NCBI RefSeq assembly: GCF_009914755.1
Contig: NC_060928.1
Length of the DNA: 64,000 nucleotides
Strand: one strand, 5' to 3'
Origin: the human T2T-CHM13v2.0 reference genome, Homo sapiens
Below are positions 1-16,555 of this stretch, piece after piece (the first letter of the stretch is position 1; each line of letters starts with the position of its first letter). A program made the translations under genes and the position numbers. The notes under the pieces were generated by a model. That model did no database searches, had not been told where the DNA came from, and worked only from the letters and a program-made list of their open reading frames with translations.

Positions 1-3290
<3,290 letters not shown>

Positions 3291-3888
3291 ATCCTTTTCT
3301 AGCTAAAACCTTCTTTGATTTCTTTCATAGTTTTGTAATTTGTCACATACAGATCATTTACATATTTTGTTAGACTTATAAGTGTTTTTTGTGCTATGAT
3401 AATGGTGTTTTTAGTTTTATATTTCATTCTAATCATTTATTGCCAGTATATAGGAAAACATTTGACTTTTGTATATTAACCTTATATACTGTGACTTTGC
3501 TATACTCACTTTTTACTTTTAGGGGGTTTTTTTTGTTAATTCTTTAGCATTTCCTAAATAAACAATCATGTCTTTTGCAAATGAAGACCACTTTATTCCT
3601 TTCTTCCTAAGGTATTTTATTTCCTTTGCTTGCTTCATTTCACTAGCTAGGACTTCTGGAACACTGTTGAATAGGAGTGGTGAGATAGGACATCCTCGTG
3701 TTATTCCCAGTCTTTGGGGGAAGTATACAGTTTCTCAGCCTTAAGTGTGGTGTTAGCTGTTGGTTTTTTTTGTAGGCTTTATGGCCATTCTAATAGGTGT
3801 GTAGTGGTATTTTGGTTTAATTTGCAAATCTCTAATGATAAATGATTTTGAGCCTCTTCATATTATTTACAATCCATATATCCTCTTT

Positions 3889-5595
3889 TTTTTTTTTTTT
3901 TATTGATCATTCTTGGGTGTTTCTCACAGAGGGGGATTTGGCAGGGTCATAGGACAATAGTGGAGGGAGGGTCAGCAGATAAACAAGTGAACAAAGGTCT
4001 CTGGTTTTCCTATGCAGAGGACCCTGCGGCCTTCCGCAGTGTTTGTGTCCCTGGGTACTTGAGATTAGGGAGTGGTGATGACTCTTAACGAGCATGCTGC
4101 CTTCAAGCATCTGTTTAACAAAGCACATCTTGCACCACCATTAATCCATTTAACCCTGAGTGGACACAGCACATGTTTCAGAGAGCACAGGGTTGGGGGT
4201 AGGGTCACCGATCAACAGGATCCCAAGGCAGAAGAATTTTTCTTAGTACAGAACAAAATGAAAAGTCTCCCGTGTCTACCTCTTTCTACACAGACATGGC
4301 AACCATCCGATTTCTCAATCCTTTCCCCGCCTTTCCCCCCTTTCTATTCCACAAAACCGCCATTGTCATCATGGCCCGTTCTCAATGAGCTGTTGGGTAC
4401 ACCTCCCAGACGGGGTGGTGGCTGGGCAGAGGGGCTCCTCACTTCCCAGTAGGGGCGGCCGGGCAGAGGCGCCCCTCACCTCCCAGACGGGGCGGCTGGC
4501 CGGGCGGGGGGCTGACCCCCCTACCTCCCTCCCGGAAGGGGTGGCTGGCCGGGCGGGGGGCTGACCACCCCCCACCTCCCTGCTGGGCGGGGGGCTGACC
4601 CCCCCACCTCCCTCCCGGACGGTGCGGCTGGCCGGGTGGGGGGCTGACCCCCCCACCTCCCTCCCGGACGGGACGGCTGGCCGGGCGGGGGGCTGATCCC
4701 CCCACCTCCCTCCCGGACGGGGCGGCTGGCCGGGCAGATGGGCTCCTCACTTCCCGGTAGGGGCGGCCAGGCAGAGGCGCCCCTCACCTCCTGGACGGGA
4801 CGGCTGGCCGGGTGGGGGGCTGACCCCCCCACCTCCCTCCCGGATGGGACGGCTGGCCAGGCGGGGGGCTGACCCCCCCACCTCCCTCCCGGACGGGGCG
4901 GCTGGCCGGGCGGGGGGCTGATCCCCCCACCTCCCTCCCGGACGGGGCGGCTGGCCTGGCGGGGGCTGACCCTCACCTCCCTCCCGGATGGGGTGGCTGC
5001 CGGGCAGAGACGCTCCTCACTTCCCAGACGGGGTGGCTGCCGGGCGGAGGGGCTCCTCACTTCTCATATGGGGCGGTTGCCAGGCGGAGGGTCTCCTCAC
5101 TTCTCAGACGGAGCGGCTGGGCAGAGACGCTCCTCACCTCCCAGACGGGGTCGCGGCCGGGTAGAGGTGCTCCTCACATCCCAGACGGGGCGGCAGGGGC
5201 AGAGGCGCTCCCCACATCTTAGACGATGGGCGGCCGGGCAGAGACGCTCCTTACTTCCTAGATGGGATGGTGGCCAGGAAGAGGCGCTCCTCACTTCCTA
5301 GATGGGATGGCGGCCGGGCAGAGACGCTCCTCACTTTCCAGACTGGGTAGCCAGGCAGAGGGGCTCCTCACGTCCCAGACGATGGGCGGCCAGGCAGAGA
5401 CGCTCCTCACTTCCCAGACGGGGTGGCGGCCGGGCAGAGGCTGCAATCTTGGCACTTTGGGAGGCCAAGGCAGGCGGCTGGGAGGTGGAGGTTGTAGCGA
5501 GCCGAGATCACGCCACTGCACTCCAGCCTGGGCACCATTGAGCACTGAGTGAACCAGACTCCGTCTGCAATCCCGGCACCTCGGGAGGCCGAGGC
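3889..5595 (-). mobile_element. SVA retrotransposon (D-F-like), 5'-truncated (no CCCTCT hexamer), ~1.7 kb
   Basis: Poly-T tail, SINE-R (~3901-4395), GC-rich VNTR (~4396-5430) and Alu-like segment (~5430-5595). Perfect 16-bp TSD TCCATATATCCTCTTT at 3873-3888 and 5596-5611. Confidence 0.97.
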
Positions 5596-7488
5596 TCCAT
5601 ATATCCTCTTTAGTGAGATATCTGTTAACATCTTTTGCCTATTTTTTAATTGTATTGTTTGTTTCAGAATTCTAGGTATTTTTCCAATTAAGTTGAGGGA
5701 CTTTCCCTCTATTCCTAGTTTGCTGAGAGTATTTATTATGGATGGGTGTTAGATTTCTTTCAAGTGCTTTTTCTACGTCCGTTGATAATACATGATTTGC
5801 CTTCTTTGACCTGCTAATGTGGCTTACATTGATTTTTAGAATGTTGTACTAAGCCCCTGCATACCTAGAGTAAATCTGCTGGGTGTGGTATTTGATACCT
5901 TGCTTTAGTATAGAATTCAAGATTATAAGTAATTCCTCTCAGGATTTTGAAGATAATGTTTCTTTATCCTTTAGCTTCTAACATTGCTATTGAAAGTTTG
6001 GTGCTATTTTGATATTCTTCCTATGTGATCTTTTCTTGCCTTGTTGGATGTTTATCAAAACTTCTCTTTTACTTTATGAAATGTCACAGTGATATATCTT
6101 GGTGTGAGTTTTGTTTCACTTCTTGTGTTTATCACTCATTGTGTTCTTTCAATCTAGAGAATCATGACATTCAGCCTTAAGAGGTGTTTTTGTATTATGT
6201 CACAATTTCCTCCCTCATTTTCTCTCGTTCATGAGATGTTGAACCTTTCAGTTTGGTCCTCTAATTTTCTTATAATTTCTATTCCACTTTTGTGTCTTTT
6301 CATCCATTGTGTAACTATAATTATCTCCTCAAACTTGTCTTATTTAAATTTTTATTTTTGCCATCATTTTCAATTCTGTTGTTGATTTCTATTTAAATCC
6401 ATTGTGGTCTAAAAGCAGACATTGTATGATTTATACTTTTTAAAAATGTGTTAAGGTATGCCTTATGACGCCAAAGATAGTCTATCTTGGTGGATGTTCC
6501 ATGTGAAATTGAGAAGAATATGTATTCTATTGTTGTTTGATGAAGTAGTCTATAAATATTTGTTATATCCAGTTGATAGATGATATTGTTTGTCCTTACT
6601 GATTTTTTTTTTTTTTTTTTTTTTGCCTGCTGGATCTATTTCTCATAGAGGAGTGTTGAAGTCTCCAACTAAAATAGGGGATTTGTATATTTCTCGTTGT
6701 GGTTCTGTCAGTTTTTGTTTCATATATCTTGACATTGTGTTGTCAGGTGCATATACATTAAAGATTGTTATATTTTCTGGGAGAATTAAGTCCTTTATCT
6801 TTATGTAATGACCCTATGTCCCTAATAACTTTCCTTATTATAAAGTCTGCTGTCTGAGATTATTATAACTGTTCCTGCTTTCTTTTGATTAATGTTAGCA
6901 TGGTATATTTTTCCCTATCCATTTACTTTTAATCTTATAAACAAAATGGATTTCTTATAGACAACATGTAGTTAGATCTTATTTTTGATCCACTTTAACA
7001 ATCTCTGGCTCATTTTACATTCTCACAAGCTTAATATTTTTTATATCCTTCTATTCTTGTTTTAGGTTTTAATTTTTTTTTCTAATCTCATTGAGAATTG
7101 AAAGCTTCATTTTGAAATTTTTTCTCTATATTATCTCTATTTCCACCAAATTTTTCTTCTCTGCTTATTTTGTTTAAGGTATTTATATATACTTTTCATA
7201 CTGAAGCTTCCCTCTAATAGTTATTGACCTTTGGGCATATATTCAGTTTTAAACATGAGTCTCTAAGAAAAAAAGGTGCCTGGTTAGGGCTTATCAATAA
7301 GTGAGTTTGCTGCAGGTTTATTGGGCAAGACCTGCCCTTTTCAATGGGGATTTTCCTCAAATGTCAGAAATGTGATACTTTTTTCTCTAGGTCCATCCAC
7401 CTTCTCTAGCATAGAACCTGATAGTCTGCTGTCACAGAGGATGTAAGTCTAACAGCTTCTTGAGGCTGAGATATAGGAAGAAACTTTA

Positions 7489-7491
<3 letters not shown>

Positions 7492-7525
<34 letters not shown>
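7492..7525. repeat. (GT)17 microsatellite
   Basis: Direct reading. Confidence 0.97.
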
Positions 7526-7530
<5 letters not shown>

Positions 7531-7805
7531 TTAATACTTCTTTCTGCCTTCGAACACTTCCTTCTGTATTGTTCGCCTTGCCTGATGTTACCAAATTTAG
7601 TGCCTCCTTGATTCAATTTCTTTGGAGTGTAAAGCTCTTTTCTCTTTCCAGGGAAGGTGAGAGGTAGTTGCCTTGCTGAGCAAGTTATGTGTGTAGGGAT
7701 AGGAGGCGGGAGGGAAAATAAATTCTAGGGTTAGCTGCTTCTTATGTAGACTCTCAAATAATCATTCTTATTTCAGCCCCCTGGACTTACCCCTTTGTCT
7801 TTCAG

Positions 7806-7902
7806 AAGCATCAAGTGTACCTGATTTGTGAACCTATCTTGCTTCAGTTGGTTTCCTCCTAAATATTAGGCAGATGGGATTGGCTGGTCTGTGCTCTGCT
7901 AG
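7806..7902 (+). other. CEP44: Probable non-coding 5'UTR exon of CEP44 (97 nt)
   Basis: Acceptor ttacccctttgtctttcag| ending 7805 and donor AG|gttggt at 7903, 1 kb upstream of the ATG exon. Inferred from splice signals and my recollection of the CEP44 5'UTR. Confidence 0.7.
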
Positions 7903-7982
7903 GTTGGTTATCCCTTATTCATTTGCTTTTCATTTTCCAAAATTTTGTTGATACTTGTTTTGTTATGTGAAATCTCCTGTAG

Positions 7983-8314
<332 letters not shown>

Positions 8315-8961
8315 ATGATTTTTAATTATTTACTTTCATTTTAGTGATCTTTAGAAAATGGAAAGGAAGGTAACATGCATTTAATCTGTCATATTTATCC
8401 AAGTGAACCCTGCATTTTTAAAATGTATTTTTAGTTTTTAGGAAAGGTATCTTTTTGGCAACTATGTGAGATCAGAGCCCTGTGACTCTGATTAAATCTG
8501 CGCTAAATTTGTCTCCATTTTTTATTGATTGTGTTATGTAGCTTCTATAAGCATCCAAAAGAGTCACTGATGGATGTTATTCCAAGTTGATGTGTCTTCT
8601 CAAACGGTGCTTTATGCTTAAAAAAAAACTATTTGGGCAAGTGTTATATAAGATACATTATAATAAGATGAATATAAGGCAAACTTATTTTTTTGGGAGG
8701 AAAACATGTAGGAGGGTAGGGGAGACACCCTATATTCAGAAACTTATAGTAGTTACAAAGTAGAACTTGAGTAGTAGAGAAGAAGCTCGGGGAAAAAGAG
8801 CTAGGGTAAGATAAATATGGTAAGTGCCAATAGGAGATATGACCAAAATAGAATCAAGAAGCTTCAAAAATACAGAGACTTAACCAGTATTTCATGGATT
8901 TCTATTTTCAGGTGAAAAATTAGACGATTTCAAGAATTGGAGCTGAATCTGATGTTAAGTA

Positions 8962-9050
8962 ATGGCAACAGGTGACTTAAAAAGAAGCTTACGGAACCTA
9001 GAACAGGTGCTCCGCTTGCTAAATTATCCTGAAGAGGTGGACTGTGTAGG
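8962..9050 (+). CDS. CEP44: CEP44 first coding exon (exon begins 8912; ATG 8962)
   Basis: ttttcag| acceptor ending 8911; gtaATGg Kozak context; [30 protein letters not shown]; donor GG|gtaagc; 89 coding nt. Confidence 0.97.
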
Positions 9051-11878
9051 GTAAGCTATAATATCAAACTTAATTGTATTCTTCTTGCTAGTGATTTGAG
9101 ATGATATTTAACATGGGGGACTACCTGAGAAAAATCAGATTTTACCTGGTTCCTATTTAAATCTGCCTTGAAATGATTAAAATATTTGAGAAAGCAGGGA
9201 ATTATAGGAGTTTATTTCTAAGTATGAACTAATGAAGAATTCCAACTTAAAAGATTTAAAACTGTTTAGAAGCACAGTATTTATCTGTATAAGTTATAAT
9301 CTCTGTACAGCTTTTAAACTCATAGAGGTATAATAGATTTTATTATTTGTATAATCTACCATTCTCTCATATTCAGTTGGATGATATTTCTTACAGTTAA
9401 ATATATCCAGAATAAGAAGAGATTGTTGCCATTTCTTGTCAGTCTTTTCTTATCATTTATTTGTTTATTCTTTTATAGAGGAAAGATTTTATACATTTAA
9501 GTCGAGTGTTCTTTTTCATATGGAATATTCTAGTTAGTAGATTTTTTTGTGTATGGCAACCTGAAGATTGCGCTTAAGCTCTCCCATTTAACAGACCCCA
9601 CTTTGAACCTTTCACTTTAGCTCCCATTTTGCAACTATGACAACGTTTTTAGAATATGGCAACATACATTTTCCTATATTCATGCCTATATAATATGGTA
9701 CTGCAGTCATTCTGTATCCCTTCATAATTCTGTTTCTTCATGACACTTACCCTTAACCTTTTATCATTGATTAATTGATGGATTGGTTAAATGTTCATTG
9801 GTTACTAGAATGTAAGCTGAAGTCTTGGACTTTGTTTTTTGTTTTCACTGTGGAATCCCCCCATCTAGAATTATGCATGGCACATATTAGGAGTTGATTA
9901 GACATTTATTGAATGAATGAGTGTCCAGGGACAAGTCCAAGTTAGATGTTCAAGAGTAGAGGGAAACTTGTAAGTAGAATCCTTCAGTAATGGGCTTTAC
10001 ATATAAGAATGGATATCCATATAAGAATGGATATTCTAATAACTCTTGAGGTTACAGTAGGGAGAGGTAACTCAAGAGAAGGCTGAAAGTGAAAGGATAG
10101 AGAGGAGAGTAAGGAGAAAGTTTAGCTCAAGTTGCTGTTATTATAGGCATTATATGTGAGAGGCAGAAGATATGAAACAGATGTAATCCATGTATGTAAA
10201 AATCATCTTGATTCCTCAAAACATGAAAATCCTGACCATCCAGAACTTGCAGGGGTTTAACCAGTTTGAGTAGCCAAGTCTTCTCCTTGCCACTTTAAGT
10301 GTCAACATTTTAAAAGACATTTTAAATAGGAATAATTCTAAAATATACCAGTATTATCTTGTTTTCTAAATACAGTGTTTAAACATTTAATTTTCTTATT
10401 ACCCAAAAGCATCATTAAGAACAACAATTTTTAGATTATTATATAACATACTAAAATCTGCAGGGTCTATTGAGATTTGAAATGCTACTTGCTTCTTCCA
10501 CAGAGGCACTCAGATTGCTAGTCTCCCTGCCACACACATTTAAGCACACACACAACACCCCCATCATTTTGATTCTTTTTTCTACTTTTTCACATTTGTT
10601 ATGTTTTCTGGCCATTTGCTGTTTTTTGTGTTGGCATCTGTTTTTCTTACTGTTTCTAATATGCTAAGTCCTTAGGAACTAGATAATCAAGATTTTTGAA
10701 ATTGTTTAACATAAAAAGTGTTAAATGTGTGCCTGGCTATCATCTATGTATAGTGTGCATAAAATGGACAGATTTTGCTGTTCAAAGGTATTTTTTTTTT
10801 CATTTCCTGTTTTTGGACTGTGTTTCAGATAGACAAGGTTGCCAGAGGAGTTTTCTGATTGGGTGAAATATTACAGTATTTCAAAGAAACATAAAAGAAA
10901 TAATTCATATTTGTCCAGTAAAACAAAATGCAGTGCTATCATCATGTATTTGTTCTCTGTCTTACTAAAAATTTGGGTGGAGATGGGGATGTTTATGTGA
11001 ACATCTTGAATTTTTTGGAAAACATTTGCTTTATATAAGTACAAAATACTGCAATTGAACAAATGTAACTGGCAAATTGAACAAATACCTCCTGTGCTTT
11101 GTTGTGGGAAAATCAGTGAAGGTACTTCACATTGAGAAAATAAGACAGGAAACACTACCAGACAGATAAAGACACAGCAGATACTGAGTAGCCTGGGAGT
11201 CTTTCTTGGAGAGATCAGTATAGATCAGAAAGTTGAGGAAAGCTTCATGGGAAGCTTGAGATTTGATGAATGATTTGTAAAAAATAAATAATAATTGGAT
11301 AAGCAAAGAAGAGTGGGATACCTTTCTAGACTGGTGGAATTAACATAGGTAATAATATACGATTTAGAAGGAGCAGTAAGTGAAAAGTAATAGACTGGTC
11401 AACCAAGTCACAGTTCATGCTTTTTCCCATCCCATCTTCCTCATCTGTAACTTAGAATTCATAATATTTACCTTTGGAAGTTTGTGGTAGAGAGCAAAGG
11501 AGGTAATAGAACAAGTGTTTGCAAAACCATAAAGTGTACTTCAATTTTGTAAGATGGTACATTGCTTTTATTAGTAGTAGAAAATGGAGTAGATCACGTA
11601 AGACTAAGCTTTGGAAAATCAATGGTAAATAGTTGGTACTAGAGACCTATAGTAAGTTTTTTGAGCAGACGAACAGTGGTATTTCATAGTAGTCTGGCTA
11701 GACTGGTTTCAAATGGGGAATGGAATCTAGAAAGTCTCATGTATCACCTAATTATTATAGCTATAGTGTTAAGTTTTAAATTATTATAAACATTTCTAAT
11801 ATTTTCTTGATTATCCAACTTTGTGGAATTATGCTTATTAAATGCTTATTAAAAATATTTTTCTTTTTTTCCTAACAG

Positions 11879-12026
11879 TTTGATAAAGGGAGACCCAGCA
11901 GCATCTTTGCCCATCATCAGCTATTCTTTTACCTCATACTCACCTTATGTAACAGAACTTATAATGGAATCCAATGTAGAGCTCATAGCAAAAAATGACT
12001 TGCGCTTTATAGATGCTGTCTATAAG
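11879..12026 (+). CDS. CEP44: CEP44 coding exon 2 (148 nt)
   Basis: ttttcctaacag| ... AAG|gtattt; [49 protein letters not shown]; phase matches the previous exon. Confidence 0.97.
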
Positions 12027-12623
12027 GTATTTTGAGTTTATCAAACAATAACTATTAGTTATTGAATGATTTTTAAAAATTAATGATTTAGTCATAACTT
12101 CTTAAATATATGCAGCATATACAATTGACAGGATATTTTCATTTGTATTTATCTCATTTAAATGTAGTCTCTATTGAAATCAAGATGCAATTCATGTTTG
12201 CTTTTTGAATGTTACCTATTCTAATAAATACAGCAACTGGTAAATATTTGTTGTTGGCTATTGTTTGCCCTTTTTAATCAAATTTTAGTAAAATTTGGTA
12301 TACTGGCAGAAATTAGAGAGTAATGTAATTATATTCAATAAAACTTACAGTTTTTTAGAATTATATGTTAATTTAGTTGTTTGTAAGAAGGAACTATTAC
12401 TGACATTTTTTTTTTATTAAACTGATATATTCTTTGAGGTCTGAGAGCATGTCTTATATTGTATCTACCCTAGTATTTATACTTGTACTATGTGTATACT
12501 GAATTTAATCTCTTATTTGATTTTTTTAAAACCCTGCTTTTATCATTAATTTTTGCTTAAGTACTGTGGTTTGTATTAAAGTTAGTTTTTAATGGTAAAA
12601 ACCCACTTATCAAATGTAGTCTA

Positions 12624-12919
<296 letters not shown>

Positions 12920-13542
12920 TCAAATAGTCTTTTAAAAAAAGCAGAGTTGCAGTCAATGAAATGGGAGCTTTTATATGTAGTCTCTGTTTAATCTTTCTCT
13001 TTCTTGCTTTTGATCCCAGAAGACATCCATGGAAGCCTAAGAGGCACTTTTAAGAAATTCTAGAGCTCCACAGAGTAGATTTAGGAAACTACTGATCTAG
13101 TGTGTTTTTTTTCATTTTACAAATGAAAAATTGAGACCAAAAGGCCTACTGACGTATCCAAAAATCACATAGTGGAAGAGTTATAAACAAATAGAACTAT
13201 AGTTTCTGACTCTGGTATGGTATTCTAGTGAACTAAGAAGTTTTTCTAATATCTCTGAAGATATTTACACTTTTTGATGATTGACTATATTTTTCCATCT
13301 CTCTGGACAGACATCTGTTCTCCAGCATATCCTTTGCTACCTGTTTTCCACCTGATACCTGTCTTACTGGATCATGACTTAACACCAGCCCTATGAATTA
13401 CTTTAGTACTCTTTAGTTAATGGCTTGGTTTTCCTTGTCCTCTCAAAGGTGGCCATTATTCCCCTGACCAGGTGGGCATTATCATTTGGAATTTTAGAAA
13501 TAAATTGCTCCCAATTATTACAAGAGTCTGTTTCCTCTGCAG

Positions 13543-13689
13543 CTTCTTCGTGATCAATTTAATTATAAACCAATTTTGACAAAAAAGCAGTTTATCCAAT
13601 GTGGGTTTGCAGAATGGAAAATCCAAATTGTTTGTGATATTTTGAATTGTGTGATGAAAAAGCACAAGGAATTAAGCAGTCTTCAGAAG
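13543..13689 (+). CDS. CEP44: CEP44 coding exon 3 (147 nt, phase 0-0)
   Basis: tttcctctgcag| ... AAG|gtaatt; [49 protein letters not shown]. Confidence 0.97.
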
Positions 13690-14086
13690 GTAATTTTATG
13701 AATAGATATTAATGCTGATGTATGCTATTAATAGATGGCTCAGTATTTTAATGTATAAAATCAAAACCCTAGACAGCAAATTATTTCATAGTGTAATTAC
13801 TGTATTATTCAAAGATTTGAGTAACCTTATAAAGCTTGTTGTTTATTTTAAATACTACTCTCTTGTTTTATACACCTGTGACTGGGAACTCCTAGTGTTA
13901 AACTAATAGTTCAAACATAATACATTTTCATTACTTCTTAGTTTTTAAAAGTCATGTAGTCTCATTAGAGTCTCATTATTTGTCAGCTATATTTCATATA
14001 TGAAAATTTAAATGTTAATGGAATTTTAATATATAATTATGCTTTCACACAAAATTTGTTATTTTGACTAATACCTTTTTTTTTAG

Positions 14087-14209
14087 ATTCCATCACAACA
14101 AAGAAAGAAAATCAGTTCTGGTAAGTCAGAACCTCCTTTGGGCAATGAGAAAATATCTGCAGAGGCTGTTGGCGTTGATATCAGTGGCAGGTTTATGACC
14201 TCAGGAAAG
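14087..14209 (+). CDS. CEP44: CEP44 coding exon 4 (123 nt, phase 0-0)
   Basis: tgactaataccttttttttttag| ... AAG|gtatgc; IPSQQRKKISSGKSEPPLGNEKISAEAVGVDISGRFMTSGK. Confidence 0.97.
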
Positions 14210-14992
14210 GTATGCAACCACAAAGAAAATATCATATTGTTTAAGAGTTATCTAATTAATCCAATATACAGTTTTCACTTTTCTGATTGGCACCTGATGA
14301 ACATTCTAGTTAGATATTGGAGTTCATTGATTTTTAACAGTGCATGCCATATATTTTTGGGCAGTATGCCTGAAGTTATAACAATAGGATAGAAATATAA
14401 AATTAAATACGTGTTCTCTTTATATTTCTAATTTCTAATTCTGCCGGATTTCCTAAACAGAAGAGTAGTGATTTAGGAAGATTATCTTATGCAGTTATCT
14501 ACATTTGCTCTTAATTGTGTTCTGGTCTTCCTAAAACATGGGAACATATGAAGAGCCTACATTAGCAGTAGTGATAGGTTATAATGATTCATTTATGTAC
14601 ATTATATTTCTGTAACCAAGTATGAATTATCCAATAATTGGTAGTCCCTACACGTAGAATCTGGTTTTCAGTTAATATTTTGAATATTTTCTCTTTCTTG
14701 AAAGATAATTTTTCTGCCATTATCTGCTTTGAGCAGCTGTGGCAAATTGAATCTAATGCACTTAGAGCTACAGTGTTTCTATCACTAAGGGAGACTTAAG
14801 CTAAAATATTATTTATTAATATATTTTCAGCTGTCTTCCAGCTGGAGAAGACTCTGATTGAATGATAGAATATCAGATGAATTATCAATGGTGTAATTAA
14901 GTAAAGGATGTGAATACTTTCTGACTGAAGTATAATCTAGAGTATTATTTCTGCCCTAATCCAAAATACATGAGTTATGTAAACAGAATCTA

Positions 14993-15313
<321 letters not shown>

Positions 15314-16555
15314 TTATACCTTAAAAAAGTGAAATTTTATTATAAGAAAATGTTCTTATGCCACTTCTTTTTAATGTACCTGTTTTGCTCTAGGTAATGA
15401 AGACAATATAAAGAATGATACAAAGCCGCCATTTTTGAATAAGTGCATGTAGTTTTTGTACACTTGCATCTCTAACTCATCTAACTCTTGTTAGTTTTAT
15501 TTATGATTTTCTAACTGTTAAATGACTTATATCTTGTATTCTTCCCCAACTAGAAGGAACATATATGAACAGGGATTTTCTTATACTGATTTTTTGTACC
15601 TTCATTTTGCTTAGCACAGGATTAGGAACACTGTGAGCACTTATTAATTATTTATTGATATAATGTGCTTTTCAATGTTCTATTTCAGTATGAGAGTTGA
15701 GGGGACAGTGTAAATTGTCCTAGCCAAGAAAAATGTAAACTTCAAAACATTAGACTTATTTTTAATTTTCTTAAAGCAAAGTTTTCTTTGTTATCTATTA
15801 AAATTTATACCAGATCTTTATCAGAAATTTGAATAAGTATTAAAAGTTCTCAGATTTAGAAAAGAGTCTACAAGTACATTTCTTTGTTTACAAGCAAAAG
15901 TTGAGTCAATATTAAAGCAAATTGTCTCCTATCCCAGTGCCTTATATAGTATGCCTATTTGCGCTTCTGAGTCACATATGTTTTTATAGTGTGTATGCAA
16001 ACTGTAGAATAGGAAGCAGGTAGAGGATTTCTAGGTAAATGCATACCGTGACCTAATGCTTTTTTTGTCAGGACTTCTTCGTTGTCATTATTAGGTTTGA
16101 ATTGTTAGCTGAAGGTCTAATAAATTGCAGTTTGTTTAACAGAAAAATTGTAATGAGCCCTACTCATAGAGCCAGTTTTTGATTATTTATAAGTGAATTA
16201 TTTGGCAATCTTTTTTAAAAATAACTTTTTATTATGGAACATTTCAAACATTTACAAACATACCCATCATCCAGTTTCAGCAATTTATCAACTCTTTGCT
16301 AATCTTGTTTTGTCTTTATTTTAAATCAAATCTCAGACATAATTTAATAAATATTTCAGCGCTTGTCCTAAAATGTAAGAATTGTTTTAAAAGTCATAAC
16401 CCCAATTTTATCATCACACATAAATTATTGGTAATGTTAGTAATGGTAATATTTTGATATATATATTATATGTGATAATTTAAACTTTTTTTAATTTTTA
16501 AAGATTGGTGTTCCTTTTGCAAAATTGCTGTATGTTTAAAATAATTGTAGGAGGA

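Noticed and set aside
4396-5430. CpG-island-like block suggesting a promoter; repeat array superficially like CRISPR
   Set aside because: It is the SVA VNTR inside a TSD-bounded insertion. There are no unique spacers or cas genes, and the DNA is eukaryotic.
3903-5752. Many overlapping Pro/Gly/Arg-rich ORFs up to 179 aa
   Set aside because: Translations of the SVA VNTR, SINE-R and Alu-like domains; GC-rich repeats lack stop codons.
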